This document shows positions 1-9,650 of a stretch of DNA of 19,903 nt, one piece after another. The stretch's first letter is position 1. Each line of letters starts with the position of its first letter. The stretch is from an uncultured Eubacteriales bacterium (GTDB taxonomy: Bacteria; Bacillota; Clostridia; TANB77; RGIG9151): NCBI GenBank assembly GCA_964640345.1, contig CAZXFU010000019.1, forward strand, positions 1 to 19,903, written 5' to 3'. A program made the translations under genes and the position numbers. The notes below the pieces were generated by a model that was not told the origin of the DNA, did no database searches, and saw only the letters and a list, made by a program, of their open reading frames with translations.

Positions 1-1
1 A

Positions 2-64
2 GCAATTAAAAATATGGTAAAACATAAGATGAGAGACGTGCTTGGTTGTTCAGGCAAAGCATAA
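2..64 (+). CDS. 3' end of an upstream CDS; possibly a comFA-like helicase, judged only from its position before comFC
   Basis: Only frame 2 is open from the window edge to TAA at 62-64 (…AIKNMVKHKMRDVLGCSGKA*); the other two + frames have early stops. Twenty codons are too few for a family call. Confidence 0.3.
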   Translation, partial: AIKNMVKHKMRDVLGCSGKA

Positions 65-65
65 T

Positions 66-94
66 TTGACAAATATTGTAAAATATGATAAAAT
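66..94 (+). promoter_or_regulatory. Sigma-A type promoter for comFC
   Basis: TTGACA (66-71), 17-nt spacer, TAAAAT (89-94), preceded by an extended -10 TG (86-87). GGAGG RBS at 105-109 lies 5 nt before the ATG at 115. Confidence 0.55.
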
Positions 95-114
95 TTATCC
101 GTTCGGAGGCATGA

Positions 115-816
115 ATGGATAAATTTTTTTTTGAGAAAATTTTAGACTTAATATTTCCTCCCAAATGTGGATTTTGTGGAGAGATAACAAGGTCTGAACA
201 CTTTATTTGCAAAGATTGTCATGATTTGTCGACGCAAAAGTATATAAATAGATGTGACTTTTGTGGTAAAATGTCTAGTGTCGGTAAGTGCTCTGAATGT
301 ATGAAAAAGACGTTATATTATGAAAAATTGATGTTTTGCAGTGAATATACTGAAGAATTTAGGGGGAAAATACATTTATATAAATTTTCGGATAAAAAAT
401 ATTTGTATCATTTCTTTACAGAGCTTTTGTATGAACGGGTAAAGAACGAAGAATTTGATTTAATAATACCAGTTCCGATAAGTCGTGAAAGATATAAGGA
501 ACGTGGTTATAACCAAAGTGGACTTATAGCTAAAAAATTATCAAAAATGATAGATAAACCTTATTGCGGCGATGTTTTGATAAAAATTAGGAATAGTGAA
601 CGGCAAAGTATGCAATCTTTCAAAGACCGCCAAAAAAGTGTTAAGAATGTTTTTGAAATTGCCGATACTTTAAAAGTAAGCGGAAAAAGTATACTTTTGA
701 TTGATGATATTTTCACTACCGGTGCAACAGTTAATGAGTGTTCGAAAGTCTTAAAAGTAGCGGGAGTGGAAAATGTAAAAGTTGGTGTAATTTGTGTAAG
801 TCACACTTTGAAATAA
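115..816 (+). CDS. comFC: ComF family protein (ComFC-type, phosphoribosyltransferase fold with N-terminal zinc ribbons)
   Basis: N-terminal CxxC pairs (CGFCGE…CKDCH, CDFCGK…CSEC). C-terminal PRTase PRPP-binding loop ILLIDDIFTTGATVNE. About 230 aa, typical of ComFC. Confidence 0.85.
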   Translation: MDKFFFEKILDLIFPPKCGFCGEITRSEHFICKDCHDLSTQKYINRCDFCGKMSSVGKCSECMKKTLYYEKLMFCSEYTEEFRGKIHLYKFSDKKYLYHFFTELLYERVKNEEFDLIIPVPISRERYKERGYNQSGLIAKKLSKMIDKPYCGDVLIKIRNSERQSMQSFKDRQKSVKNVFEIADTLKVSGKSILLIDDIFTTGATVNECSKVLKVAGVENVKVGVICVSHTLK

Positions 817-876
817 GTTAGATATACTGCTAAGTATATTAACATTTCAAAAGTTGAAAAATATTTACTAAACATA

Positions 877-903
877 TTAAGTTTTTTAACGTTATGCCGA
901 TAT
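877..903 (+). promoter_or_regulatory. Sigma-28 (FliA/SigD) dependent promoter for flgM
   Basis: TTAAGTTT (877-884), N11, GCCGATAT (896-903). The enteric consensus is TAAAGTTT-N11-GCCGATAA and the B. subtilis SigD consensus is TAAA-N15-GCCGATAT. It lies about 50 nt upstream of the flgM ATG. Confidence 0.75.
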
Positions 904-951
904 ATTAATCACAAGGGTAAGAAGATAACTTGATTGAAAGAGGTGTTTATT

Positions 952-1221
952 ATGAGAATCACAGGGAATGTGGGAAGTGTTACAGGAGTTTATACTAATG
1001 ATAAAAGAATATCTCGCGTAGATAATACAAATAAAATTAGTCCGGCATCGGATGACGTTAAAATTTCAAATGTAGGTAAGGATTTTACAATTGCCATGAA
1101 TGCGTTAAAAAATGTTCCGGATGTAAGGATGGATAGGGTTAACGAAATTTCCGCAAGAATCAGCAACGGAGAATATAATGTTTCCGGAGAAGATATAGCT
1201 TCTAAGATGTTAGGAGAATAA
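952..1221 (+). CDS. flgM: Anti-sigma-28 factor FlgM
   Basis: 89-aa protein with FlgM hallmarks (…DDVKISNVGK… and C-terminal RVNEISARISNGEYNVSGEDIASKML). The ATG at 952 follows an AAAGAGG RBS at 937-943, so the TTG at 934 in the ORF track is unlikely. A sigma-28 promoter lies upstream. Confidence 0.8.
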   Translation: MRITGNVGSVTGVYTNDKRISRVDNTNKISPASDDVKISNVGKDFTIAMNALKNVPDVRMDRVNEISARISNGEYNVSGEDIASKMLGE

Positions 1222-1234
1222 GGAACGAAATTTG

Positions 1235-1260
1235 AGACGACTTAGTAGTCGTCTTTTTTT
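1235..1260 (+). terminator. Rho-independent terminator after flgM
   Basis: Stem AGACGACT (1235-1242) / AGTCGTCT (1247-1254), 4-nt loop, and a T run through 1260. Confidence 0.8.
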
Positions 1261-1287
1261 GTGCTGTTTTTAAGGAAGCTTTATACA

Positions 1288-1317
1288 TTGACATTAAAGC
1301 CTTAATTTTGGTATAGT
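1288..1317 (+). promoter_or_regulatory. Sigma-A type promoter for the DUF1934-lepA-rlmB-ftsK gene string
   Basis: TTGACA (1288-1293), 18-nt spacer, TATAGT (1312-1317), with an extended -10 TG at 1309-1310. Confidence 0.6.
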
Positions 1318-1339
1318 AATAAAAGTGGAGGTAATTAAA

Positions 1340-1759
1340 ATGGAGAAAATTTTAATAAGTATAGATGGAACACAAAACTTTGGAAACGGCGATACAAATA
1401 ACGTCGAGCTTACTACTGCCGGAGTATTAAATGTTCTTGCAGATTCGTATACGCTAAAGTATGAGGAAAGTGAGCTTACAGGGATGGAAGGAACTACGAC
1501 AGAAATAACTGTTACGAATGAAGGAGTAGTGTCTTTAAGCAGAAGCGGAACAGTTAATTCTAATTTAATTTTTGAGGAAGGAAAAAGACATCTATCTTAT
1601 TATGATACAAAGGATGGAGCGTTTTCAATAGGTGTTTTCGCAAGTTATGTTGACACAGTATTAGAGCAAAATTATGGAGAAATAAGTATAACATATGCTA
1701 TGGACGTGGATGATAAGCCGATTGGCGAAAATGAAATAAGAGTGAGATTTAATAGATAA
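1340..1759 (+). CDS. DUF1934 (YwiB-like) beta-barrel protein
   Basis: About 139 aa with the DUF1934-like pattern (…[15 protein letters not shown]…[28 protein letters not shown]…). GGAGG RBS at 1327-1331 lies 8 nt before the ATG at 1340. Confidence 0.7.
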   Translation: MEKILISIDGTQNFGNGDTNNVELTTAGVLNVLADSYTLKYEESELTGMEGTTTEITVTNEGVVSLSRSGTVNSNLIFEEGKRHLSYYDTKDGAFSIGVFASYVDTVLEQNYGEISITYAMDVDDKPIGENEIRVRFNR

Positions 1760-1794
1760 AATATACGCTGAAATTGTATTTAAGGAGAATTTTT

Positions 1795-3600
1795 ATGCAA
1801 CAGAACAAAATAAGAAACTTTAGTATTATTGCACACATAGATCATGGTAAATCCACATTGGCGGATAGGATGCTTGAGATTACGGGAGTCCTGTCAAAAA
1901 GAGAGATGGAAGATCAAGTTTTAGATAACATGGATATAGAACGAGAAAGAGGAATTACTATAAAAGCACAGGCGGTAAGAATGCTTTATAAGGCAAAAAA
2001 TGGCGAAACTTATGAACTGAATCTTATAGATACTCCGGGTCATGTTGACTTTAATTATGAAGTCTCCAGAAGCTTAGCTGCTTGTGAAGGAGCTATTTTA
2101 GTTGTTGATGCTTCTCAGGGAGTAGAGGCTCAAACGTTGGCTAATACTTATCTTGCCTTAGAAAATGATTTGGAAATTTTACCGGTTATAAATAAAATTG
2201 ACTTACCAAATGCACGCCCTGATGAAGTCGCGAAGGAAATTGAAGATGTTATCGGGCTTGAAGCTATGGATGCTCCGAGGATTTCGGCGAAGTCCGGTCT
2301 GAATGTTGAAGCTGTTTTAGAGGAAGTTGTAAATAAAGTACCTGCACCTGAAGGAGACGTTAATAAGCCACTGAAAGCGTTAATATTTGATTCTTTTTAT
2401 GATAATTATAAAGGTGCTATTTCATATGTAAGACTTATGGAGGGAACTGTAAAACCCGGAGACAATATACTTATGATGTCTACAGGAAAAGTTTTTAATG
2501 TTACCGAAGTTGGATATTTTAGACCCGGGAATTATATTCCGGCAGATATTTTGCAGGCGGGACAGGTTGGATATATTGCAGCAAGTATAAAAAATGTTTC
2601 GGACACTCGTGTTGGCGATACTATTACAAATGCCGAAAACAGAACAGAAGAAGCGTTAGAAGGTTACAAAAAGGCTGTGCCTATGGTGTTTTGCGGAGTG
2701 TATCCGGTAGATGGAGCAGATTATGAAAATCTTAAGATGGCTCTTGAAAAATTACAGTTAAATGATGCTGCACTTTTATTTGAGCCTGAAACATCTATTG
2801 CATTGGGTTTTGGATTTAGATGTGGTTTTTTGGGATTGCTTCATTTAGAAATTATTCAGGAAAGACTTGAGAGAGAGTATAACTTAAACCTTATTACGAC
2901 GGCTCCAAGCGTTATATATAGAGTCACAAAGACTGACGGAGATGTTATAATGGTTTCAAATCCAACTAATCTTCCTGCTCCTCAAGAAATTGATTTTATG
3001 GAAGAACCGATAGTAAGAGCATCTATTATGTTGCCTAAAGAGTTTGTCGGAAATATAATGGATTTGTGCCAGGATAGACGTGGAACATATATAAATATGC
3101 AGTATCTAGATGATGCAAGGGTTACGTTAATTTATGAATTACCACTAAACGAGATTATATATGATTTCTTTGACGCGTTAAAATCAAGGACTAAAGGATA
3201 TGCTTCTTTTGATTATGAGTTGATTGGTTATAAGCAATCTAAATTGGTAAAACTAGATATTTTACTTAATAACGAGGTAGTAGATGCTCTGTCTTTTATA
3301 GTTCATGAAGATAAAGCGTATACAAGAGGCAGGAAGATTGCCGAAAAATTAAAAGAAGTTATACCAAGGCAATTATTCGAAGTCCCGATTCAAGCTGCAA
3401 TTGGCGGGAAAATTATAGCAAGAGAGACAATTAGTGCAATGAGAAAAGATGTGCTTGCTAAGTGTTATGGCGGAGATATTTCAAGAAAGAGGAAATTACT
3501 TGAAAAACAAAAAGAAGGAAAGAAGAGAATGAGGCAGGTTGGTTCTGTTGAAATACCGCAAGAAGCATTTATGTCTATTTTGAAATTAGATGAGAATTAA
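1795..3600 (+). CDS. lepA: Translation elongation factor 4 (LepA)
   Basis: G-domain motifs [19 protein letters not shown] and NKID, plus the LepA-specific C-terminus (…[22 protein letters not shown]…). AAGGAG RBS at 1782-1787 and ATG at 1795. Confidence 0.97.
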   Translation: MQQNKIRNFSIIAHIDHGKSTLADRMLEITGVLSKREMEDQVLDNMDIERERGITIKAQAVRMLYKAKNGETYELNLIDTPGHVDFNYEVSRSLAACEGAILVVDASQGVEAQTLANTYLALENDLEILPVINKIDLPNARPDEVAKEIEDVIGLEAMDAPRISAKSGLNVEAVLEEVVNKVPAPEGDVNKPLKALIFDSFYDNYKGAISYVRLMEGTVKPGDNILMMSTGKVFNVTEVGYFRPGNYIPADILQAGQVGYIAASIKNVSDTRVGDTITNAENRTEEALEGYKKAVPMVFCGVYPVDGADYENLKMALEKLQLNDAALLFEPETSIALGFGFRCGFLGLLHLEIIQERLEREYNLNLITTAPSVIYRVTKTDGDVIMVSNPTNLPAPQEIDFMEEPIVRASIMLPKEFVGNIMDLCQDRRGTYINMQYLDDARVTLIYELPLNEIIYDFFDALKSRTKGYASFDYELIGYKQSKLVKLDILLNNEVVDALSFIVHEDKAYTRGRKIAEKLKEVIPRQLFEVPIQAAIGGKIIARETISAMRKDVLAKCYGGDISRKRKLLEKQKEGKKRMRQVGSVEIPQEAFMSILKLDEN

Positions 3601-3631
3601 AAAGTTATGAAAGTGACGGAATGGAGTTATT

Positions 3632-4372
3632 ATGGAAAATGATGTTGTTTTTGGAAGAAATTCGGTTATAGAACTACTTAATTCAGATAGAACAATAAAT
3701 AAGTTGTTTATCCAAAAAGGAGAGACACATGGTTCTATTGGGAAAATATTAGAGCTTGCTAAAAAAAAGAAGGTTGTTATTAGTGAGGTTCAAAAGGGAA
3801 AACTTGATGAATTGACAGATAATCAAAATCATCAGGGTGTAGCTGCTGTAACTTCCCCTTATGAATATTGTGAAATTGACGATATATTAGAAGTAGCAGA
3901 AGAGAAAAATGAAACACCGTTTATTTTGATAGCTGATGGAATTGAAGATCCACATAACCTTGGAGCTATGATAAGGACAGCTGAATGTATGGGTGTTCAT
4001 GGTATTATAATTCCAAAGCGTAGAGCGGTTTCTGTAACTAATACTGTGGCAAAGGTTGCTGCAGGGGCATTAGAGTATATGAAAATTGCAAGAGTTAACA
4101 ATATTAATGACAGTATTGAGGAATTAAAGAAAAAAGGCGTTTGGATTGTTGGGACTGATGCGTCCGGTAGTGATTTCCTTACAGATGTTGATATGAGAGG
4201 GTCAATTGCGGTTGTTATCGGTAGCGAAGGCGAAGGAATGGCTAGTCTTACTCGTAAGAGATGTGACTTTTTAGCTAAAATTCCTATGAAAGGCAAGATT
4301 ACTTCACTTAATGCTTCTGTTACATGCGGTATGGTTATTTATGAAGTGGCAAGACAGAGAGGAAACAGGTAG
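3632..4372 (+). CDS. rlmB: TrmH/SpoU-family 23S rRNA 2'-O-ribose methyltransferase (RlmB/YacO-like)
   Basis: N-terminal substrate-binding domain (GRNSVIELL…) and SpoU motifs ([30 protein letters not shown]…SLNASV). Confidence 0.85.
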   Translation: MENDVVFGRNSVIELLNSDRTINKLFIQKGETHGSIGKILELAKKKKVVISEVQKGKLDELTDNQNHQGVAAVTSPYEYCEIDDILEVAEEKNETPFILIADGIEDPHNLGAMIRTAECMGVHGIIIPKRRAVSVTNTVAKVAAGALEYMKIARVNNINDSIEELKKKGVWIVGTDASGSDFLTDVDMRGSIAVVIGSEGEGMASLTRKRCDFLAKIPMKGKITSLNASVTCGMVIYEVARQRGNR

Positions 4373-4394
4373 TTCGGAAAGGAAGTATTATCAG

Positions 4395-6716
4395 ATGGGA
4401 CGAAAGATAAAGAAAAAGAAAGAAAATAGCTTACAACAAGAGATTACCGGAGTGATTATTTGCTTTTTTTCGGTTTTTTTGATATATGGAGTTTTCGCAA
4501 GGGGGCAGCTTGGTTCATGGGGAAATGGCATTATTAATTTCTTTTTTGGACTACTGGGCGTTGTAGCATATATTTTTCCGTTTTTTTTGCTTATTTTTGG
4601 AATACAGTGTATAACTAAAGGAAATAAAAAACGTAAGAAGTTTTTTAGATTTTCTATTATGTTTATGCTGTGTTTGTCTTTTTTGAGTTTTTTAGTAAAT
4701 GTTGAAAAATTTGACTTGATAGAACTTAACTTTATAGAACTTTTTGTAAATTTATTTAAAGAAGGAGCCATGGAAGCCGGACCGACTGGTGGCGGTGCAT
4801 TAAGTATTTTTGTTGCTCCGTTTATAAAGTTTTTTGGTTTGGTTGGTACATATATTATTTTTATTTGTGCGGCTATAGTTTCATTTTTTATTCTTACAGA
4901 AATTCATCCGGCAGAAATTTTACTGTGGATTAAAGATAGAATTCAAGAGATGAAAATTCCGGATGATGATGAAGAAATTGTTGAGGATGATAAAGAAAGA
5001 ATTGAGAAAACCGAGAAAAAAAAGCTTGATCGCAAGTTAAATATTGAGGGGTTACCTGAAGAAATTCCTATTGAAAAGTTTGATTTAGCAAATCAGATTG
5101 AGATAGATGAAGTAAAGGACGGAAAAGTTGAAAAAGGTGTTCCGCTAAAATCCGAGCAAAAAAATGAAAATATAGAAAATATTGATAAAGTTGAGAACAA
5201 GACTGAGCAAAAAGTAGATAATGGACCAATTCCGACTATAAATGTTGATACGACTGAACCGGAAGTTCAAAATTATATTTTGCCACCTATAGATATTTTG
5301 CAAAAGCCAAAGAGTGGCGGTGGAGATAAGTATAAAAAAGAGCTTATTACAAATGCTAATAAGCTTGAATCAACGCTAGAGAGCTTTGGGGTTTCGGCTA
5401 AGGTTATAAATGTTAGCCGTGGTCCGGCAGTAACAAGATATGAGATAGCACCGGATACAGGCGTTAAAGTAAGCAAAATTGTTGGACTTACCGATGATAT
5501 TGCGTTAAATTTAGCCGCACCATCTATACGTATGGAAGCTCCTATCCCGGGGAAAGCCGCAGTCGGAATAGAAATCCCGAATACATCTGTTGATGCTGTA
5601 TTTTTAAGAGAAGTGATTGATACAGCCGAGTTTAAAGGTCATCCATCCAAAGTTGCGTTTGGACTGGGTAAAGACACTTCCGGAAAGACGATGATAGCGG
5701 ATATTGCTAAGATGCCACACGTACTTATTGCCGGAGCAACCGGTTCCGGTAAGAGTGTTTGTATAAATACGATTATAACAAGCTTGCTTTATAGAGCGAA
5801 GCCAAATGAAGTAAAGCTTATTATGATAGATCCAAAAGTCGTTGAACTTGGGGTATATAACGGAATCCCACATTTATTGATTCCGGTTGTCACAGATCCA
5901 AAAAAAGCAGCTGGAGCTCTTAATTGGGCTGTTCAAGAGATGGTAAAAAGATATAACTTGTTTGCTCAAAAAGGTGTAAGAGACATGAAAGGATATAACG
6001 AGGCAGTAAAAGCAGCCGGAGAAGATGGTACTATGCCGCATATCGTTATTATTGTAGATGAGTTAGCAGATTTAATGATGGTTGCACCAAATGATGTTGA
6101 AGATGCGATATGTCGTTTGGCTCAGATGGCAAGAGCCGCCGGAATGCATCTTGTTATTGCAACCCAAAGACCTTCTGTTGACGTCATCACAGGACTTATT
6201 AAGGCAAATGTTCCTTCAAGAATTGCATTTGCAGTTTCATCGCAGGTAGATTCACGAACTATTTTGGATATGGCTGGTGCTGAAAAATTACTTGGCAAGG
6301 GCGATATGCTGTTTTTCCCGATGGGAGCTTCCAAGCCTATTCGAGTTCAGGGAGCTTTTGTTACAGATAAAGAAGTTGAACAAATAGTTGAGTTTATAAA
6401 GTCAAAGAATGAAGTAAAATATGATGAAGATGTTTTAGAAAAAATACAAAATGGCAGTCCAAATGTTAAAGAAGATTCAGATCCTGGAGATAATGACCCA
6501 TTATTAAATGATGTTATAACAATGATTGTAGAAATAGGGCAGGCATCTACATCACTTATTCAAAGAAGATTTAAGGTAGGTTATGCAAGAGCAGCAAGAA
6601 TCATTGACCAAATGGAAGAACGAGGGATAATAAGTGGATTTGACGGAACGAAACCACGTCAGGTTTTGATTAGTAAGGAAAATTGGGAAGAGATGCAAGC
6701 TATGGGAAATAAATAG
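4395..6716 (+). CDS. ftsK: DNA translocase FtsK/SpoIIIE
   Basis: N-terminal hydrophobic TM helices, acidic/lysine-rich linker, motor domain with Walker A GATGSGKS and Walker [12 protein letters not shown], and a C-terminal gamma winged helix ([27 protein letters not shown]). The ATG at 4395 follows GGAAAGGAAG; the ORF-track start at 4311 overlaps rlmB and is unlikely. Confidence 0.95.
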   Translation: MGRKIKKKKENSLQQEITGVIICFFSVFLIYGVFARGQLGSWGNGIINFFFGLLGVVAYIFPFFLLIFGIQCITKGNKKRKKFFRFSIMFMLCLSFLSFLVNVEKFDLIELNFIELFVNLFKEGAMEAGPTGGGALSIFVAPFIKFFGLVGTYIIFICAAIVSFFILTEIHPAEILLWIKDRIQEMKIPDDDEEIVEDDKERIEKTEKKKLDRKLNIEGLPEEIPIEKFDLANQIEIDEVKDGKVEKGVPLKSEQKNENIENIDKVENKTEQKVDNGPIPTINVDTTEPEVQNYILPPIDILQKPKSGGGDKYKKELITNANKLESTLESFGVSAKVINVSRGPAVTRYEIAPDTGVKVSKIVGLTDDIALNLAAPSIRMEAPIPGKAAVGIEIPNTSVDAVFLREVIDTAEFKGHPSKVAFGLGKDTSGKTMIADIAKMPHVLIAGATGSGKSVCINTIITSLLYRAKPNEVKLIMIDPKVVELGVYNGIPHLLIPVVTDPKKAAGALNWAVQEMVKRYNLFAQKGVRDMKGYNEAVKAAGEDGTMPHIVIIVDELADLMMVAPNDVEDAICRLAQMARAAGMHLVIATQRPSVDVITGLIKANVPSRIAFAVSSQVDSRTILDMAGAEKLLGKGDMLFFPMGASKPIRVQGAFVTDKEVEQIVEFIKSKNEVKYDEDVLEKIQNGSPNVKEDSDPGDNDPLLNDVITMIVEIGQASTSLIQRRFKVGYARAARIIDQMEERGIISGFDGTKPRQVLISKENWEEMQAMGNK

Positions 6717-6727
6717 AAAGTTAGGCA

Positions 6728-6773
6728 GGAATCTGTAAAAGTTAGATAGAGACTTTTGCAGATTCCCTTTTTT
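6728..6773 (+). terminator. Strong rho-independent terminator after ftsK
   Basis: 15-bp stem GGAATCTGTAAAAGT (6728-6742) / ACTTTTGCAGATTCC (6752-6766) with one G·U pair, a 9-nt loop, then CTTTTTT. Confidence 0.85.
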
Positions 6774-6817
6774 GTAGGAACTTTATCTTTAATTTATTGA
6801 TGAATTAATTTTAGTAC

Positions 6818-6844
6818 TTTACACTCGAAAAAATATGATATAAT
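6818..6844 (+). promoter_or_regulatory. Probable sigma-A promoter (extended -10) for thyA-folA and downstream genes
   Basis: TGATATAAT at 6836-6844 (consensus TATAAT with the TG extension). The -35-like TTTACA at 6818-6823 sits at a short spacing of about 15 nt. Confidence 0.45.
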
Positions 6845-6874
6845 ATTCTTGATATTTTATGTGGAGGGGATGTT

Positions 6875-7720
6875 ATGTCTGAATTTGATAAGATGTATTT
6901 AGATTTATGCGATAGAATACTTACGAAAGGAACTTATGTTCAAAACAGAACAGGTATTGCAACATATAAATTACCTCATCAAATATTGCAATTTGATTTG
7001 TCTAAAGAATTTCCTATTTTAACCACAAAGCAAGTTGCTTTTAAACATGCTGTTTTGGAGATGCTTTGGATATACCAGGTGCAAAGTAATGATGTAAGCT
7101 GGCTTAAAGATAGAGGGATAAAGATTTGGAACGAATGGGAAATCAGTGAAGACGGAACATACATGGGAAAGAATTTCGGAAAAGAATGGGCAGGAACTAT
7201 AGGTACTGCTTATGGCTGGATTGTTAATAAATATCAACTTACGCAAAATCTTATAAATACATTAAAAACAAATCCGACAGACAGACGTATGATAATGTCT
7301 TTGTGGCAAAACGAATATCTTCCGACTGCTGCACTTCCTTCTTGCGTATGGAACACTCAGTGGGATGTTACGGATGGGAAGTTAAATTGTTTATTAAATG
7401 TCAGATCTAACGATGTGCCGCTTGGAATGCCGTTTAATGTTGCACAATATGCCGTTTTAATTCATCTTATCGCACAAGTTACTGATTTGAAGCCAGGTAT
7501 GTTTACGTACGTTATAAACAATGCACATATATATGAAAATCAAATTGAAGGAATCAAAGAACAATTATCAAGAGCCGACAAGGCACTTCCTGCACCGAAG
7601 CTTTGGATAAATGAAGAGATAAAAGATTTCTTTAAGTTTGATAATTCAAGAGAGTTAAAGGATATAAAATTATTAAATTATGAGCATCTTGGCAAGATAT
7701 CTATGCCTGTTGCCGTTTAG
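6875..7720 (+). CDS. thyA: Thymidylate synthase (ThyA, long ~280-aa class)
   Basis: Conserved TS motifs: [18 protein letters not shown], catalytic Cys in [21 protein letters not shown]-terminal PVAV. GGAGGGG RBS upstream. Confidence 0.95.
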   Translation: MSEFDKMYLDLCDRILTKGTYVQNRTGIATYKLPHQILQFDLSKEFPILTTKQVAFKHAVLEMLWIYQVQSNDVSWLKDRGIKIWNEWEISEDGTYMGKNFGKEWAGTIGTAYGWIVNKYQLTQNLINTLKTNPTDRRMIMSLWQNEYLPTAALPSCVWNTQWDVTDGKLNCLLNVRSNDVPLGMPFNVAQYAVLIHLIAQVTDLKPGMFTYVINNAHIYENQIEGIKEQLSRADKALPAPKLWINEEIKDFFKFDNSRELKDIKLLNYEHLGKISMPVAV

Positions 7721-7730
7721 GAGATAGTGT

Positions 7731-8225
7731 ATGATTAGTATTATTGCTGCAATTGGAAAGAATAATGAGCTTGGCAAAAATAACGGTCTTATTTGGAATA
7801 TTCCGAAGGATTTGAAATTTTTTCGTGAAAAAACTTCTGGAACTACGATAGTTATGGGGAGAAAAACTTTTAATTCTTTACCTAAGGTTTTACCCAAAAG
7901 GCTTCATATTGTTTTGTCAGATAGTAATGAGTTTAATAAAAAACTTAATGAGAAAGTTATTGTTGTACATGAAAAAGAAGAATTAATTAAGATGTGTCGA
8001 GAACTAGGCAAAGATAGGGAGATCTTTATTGTTGGAGGAGCTTCTATTTACAAAATGTTTATAGATATTGCAGATAAATTGTATATAACTCATATTGAGG
8101 CGGAAGATAAAGATGCGGATGTGTATTTTCCGAAAATTGACAGTAATAAATGGAACAAAAAGATTTTGGCAAAAGATGAAGATAATAATATAAAATTTAC
8201 TCATATTGAGTACACTAAAATTTAG
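7731..8225 (+). CDS. folA: Dihydrofolate reductase
   Basis: ISIIAAIGKNNELGKNNGLIW….DLKFFREKTSG.TIVMGRKTF.SLP and the GGASIY motif. About 164 aa, 10 nt after the thyA stop; RBS AGGAG overlaps that stop. Confidence 0.9.
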   Translation: MISIIAAIGKNNELGKNNGLIWNIPKDLKFFREKTSGTTIVMGRKTFNSLPKVLPKRLHIVLSDSNEFNKKLNEKVIVVHEKEELIKMCRELGKDREIFIVGGASIYKMFIDIADKLYITHIEAEDKDADVYFPKIDSNKWNKKILAKDEDNNIKFTHIEYTKI

Positions 8226-8241
8226 TGAAAGGGAGATTATT

Positions 8242-9639
8242 ATGAAAAAAGTTGGAATTACCGAAACGATACTTCGTGACGGACATCAGTCACTTATTGC
8301 GACTCGTTTGACTACGGAAGAGATGCTTCCGGCGTTAGAGCTTATGGATAAAGTTGGATATAATGCTCTTGAATGCTGGGGAGGAGCTACATTTGATGTT
8401 TGTATGAGATTTTTAAAAGAAGACCCTTGGGATAGACTTAGAAAAATTCGTGAAAAGGTAAAAGATACAAAACTTCAGATGCTACTTAGAGGTCAAAATT
8501 TACTTGGATATAAGAATTATGCAGATGACGTTGTTGAATACTTTGTTCAAAAGTCTATTGCAAATGGTATAGATATTATTAGAATTTTTGATGCATTAAA
8601 TGATTTCAGAAATATTGAAACCGCAATAGAGGCTTGCAAGAGGGAAGGCGGGCATGCTCAGGCTGCTATTTGTTATACTACGAGTCCTGCTCATACTATA
8701 GATGGCTTTGTAGAAGATGCAAGACGTCTTTATAATATGGGAGCAGATTCAATATGTATAAAGGATATGGCGGGAATTTTATTACCTTTTGCAGCTTATG
8801 ATTTGGTAAAGAGAATAAAAGAGGCGGTTAATTTGCCTGTTGAACTTCACACGCATTATACTGCCGGTGTTGGTTCTATGACTTATCTTAAAGCCGTTGA
8901 AGCCGGATGTGATTTAATAGATACAGCACTAACACCGTTTGCTATGGGAACTTCCCAACCGGCAACAGAATCAATGGTTGCGACGCTAAAAGATACAGAA
9001 TTTGATACCGGTTTGGATTTAGAAAAACTTGGCGAAATTTCTAATTATTTTACAAAAATAAAAGAAAAATATGTTAAATCGGGCGAACTTGACTCTAAGG
9101 TACTTGGAGCAGATGCTAACGTGCTAATTTACCAAGTGCCTGGTGGTATGCTTTCAAATTTGGTGTCACAGTTAAAACAGCAAAACGCATTAGATAAGTA
9201 TGATGAAGTCTTGGCAGAAGTTCCAAAGGTAAGAGAAGAGATGGGGTATCCTCCGCTTGTTACACCGACAAGTCAAATTGTTGGCACGCAAGCTGTTTTG
9301 AACGTGATTATGGGCGAGAGATATAAGATGGTAACCAAAGAGACAAAAGCTTTGGTTAGGGGCGAATATGGTAAAACTCCTATGCCGATTTCTAAAGAAA
9401 TTGTTGAAAAAATATTAGGGAATGAGAGCGTTATTACGTATAGACCTGCGAACAGGATACAACCTGAGCTTGAGAACATGAGAAAAGAAATGAATGAATA
9501 TTTTGAACAAGATGAAGATGTTTTGTCTTATGCACTGTTCCCGGGAGTTGCGACTGAGTATTTTAAGTTTAGGCGTGCCAAGAAATATGGAATAGAGTCA
9601 GAATTTACAGATTTTGAAAATAAAGTTACAAGTATATAG
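8242..9639 (+). CDS. Biotin-dependent carboxyltransferase subunit (oxaloacetate decarboxylase alpha / transcarboxylase 5S-like) lacking a biotin-carrier domain
   Basis: The N-terminus ITETILRDGHQSL… is typical of the HMGL-like TIM barrel of OadA, PycB and 5S subunits, followed by the conserved carboxylase region (…YQVPGGMLSNL…PLVTPTSQIVGTQAV). The 465-aa protein ends without an (A/E)MKM biotinylation motif. ATG at 8242 follows GGGAG. Confidence 0.85.
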   Translation: MKKVGITETILRDGHQSLIATRLTTEEMLPALELMDKVGYNALECWGGATFDVCMRFLKEDPWDRLRKIREKVKDTKLQMLLRGQNLLGYKNYADDVVEYFVQKSIANGIDIIRIFDALNDFRNIETAIEACKREGGHAQAAICYTTSPAHTIDGFVEDARRLYNMGADSICIKDMAGILLPFAAYDLVKRIKEAVNLPVELHTHYTAGVGSMTYLKAVEAGCDLIDTALTPFAMGTSQPATESMVATLKDTEFDTGLDLEKLGEISNYFTKIKEKYVKSGELDSKVLGADANVLIYQVPGGMLSNLVSQLKQQNALDKYDEVLAEVPKVREEMGYPPLVTPTSQIVGTQAVLNVIMGERYKMVTKETKALVRGEYGKTPMPISKEIVEKILGNESVITYRPANRIQPELENMRKEMNEYFEQDEDVLSYALFPGVATEYFKFRRAKKYGIESEFTDFENKVTSI

Positions 9640-9650
9640 AGGAGAATGTT

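Noticed and set aside
6-212. 68-aa minus-strand ORF at the window start.
   Set aside because: It runs antisense across the comFC promoter, RBS and start codon. It has no RBS and no recognisable motifs, so it is most likely spurious.
822-839. Hairpin ATATACT-GCTA-AGTATAT between comFC and flgM, considered as a terminator.
   Set aside because: The stem is only 7 bp with a single G:C pair, and no U-tract follows. It is unlikely to terminate transcription.
4311-4394. ORF-track N-terminal extension of ftsK that overlaps the end of rlmB.
   Set aside because: The extension overlaps rlmB by 62 nt and has no RBS. The ATG at 4395 has a GGAAAGGAAG RBS and yields the typical basic N-terminus followed by TM helices.
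6860-6883. Tiny upstream ORF (MWRGCYV*) overlapping the thyA RBS and start.
   Set aside because: It has seven codons and no RBS of its own, and its sequence is simply the thyA Shine-Dalgarno region. There is no evidence for a leader-peptide mechanism.
3997-8204. Antisense ORFs of 61-126 aa in the rlmB-ftsK-thyA-folA region: 3997-4296, 4391-4771, 5273-5476, 5604-5873, 6122-6334, 6979-7164, 7019-7246, 7673-7897 and 8004-8204.
   Set aside because: Each lies opposite, or largely opposite, a confidently identified conserved gene. All have low-complexity, hydrophobic or S/I/F/L/K-rich translations typical of mirror frames in AT-rich DNA, and none has a convincing RBS.
9603-9638. Possible internal promoter for the methyltransferase within the 3' end of the carboxyltransferase gene (TTGAAA … TATATA).
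   Set aside because: The spacer is only about 13 nt, and the -10 candidate sits almost on the RBS. Co-transcription with upstream genes is more likely.
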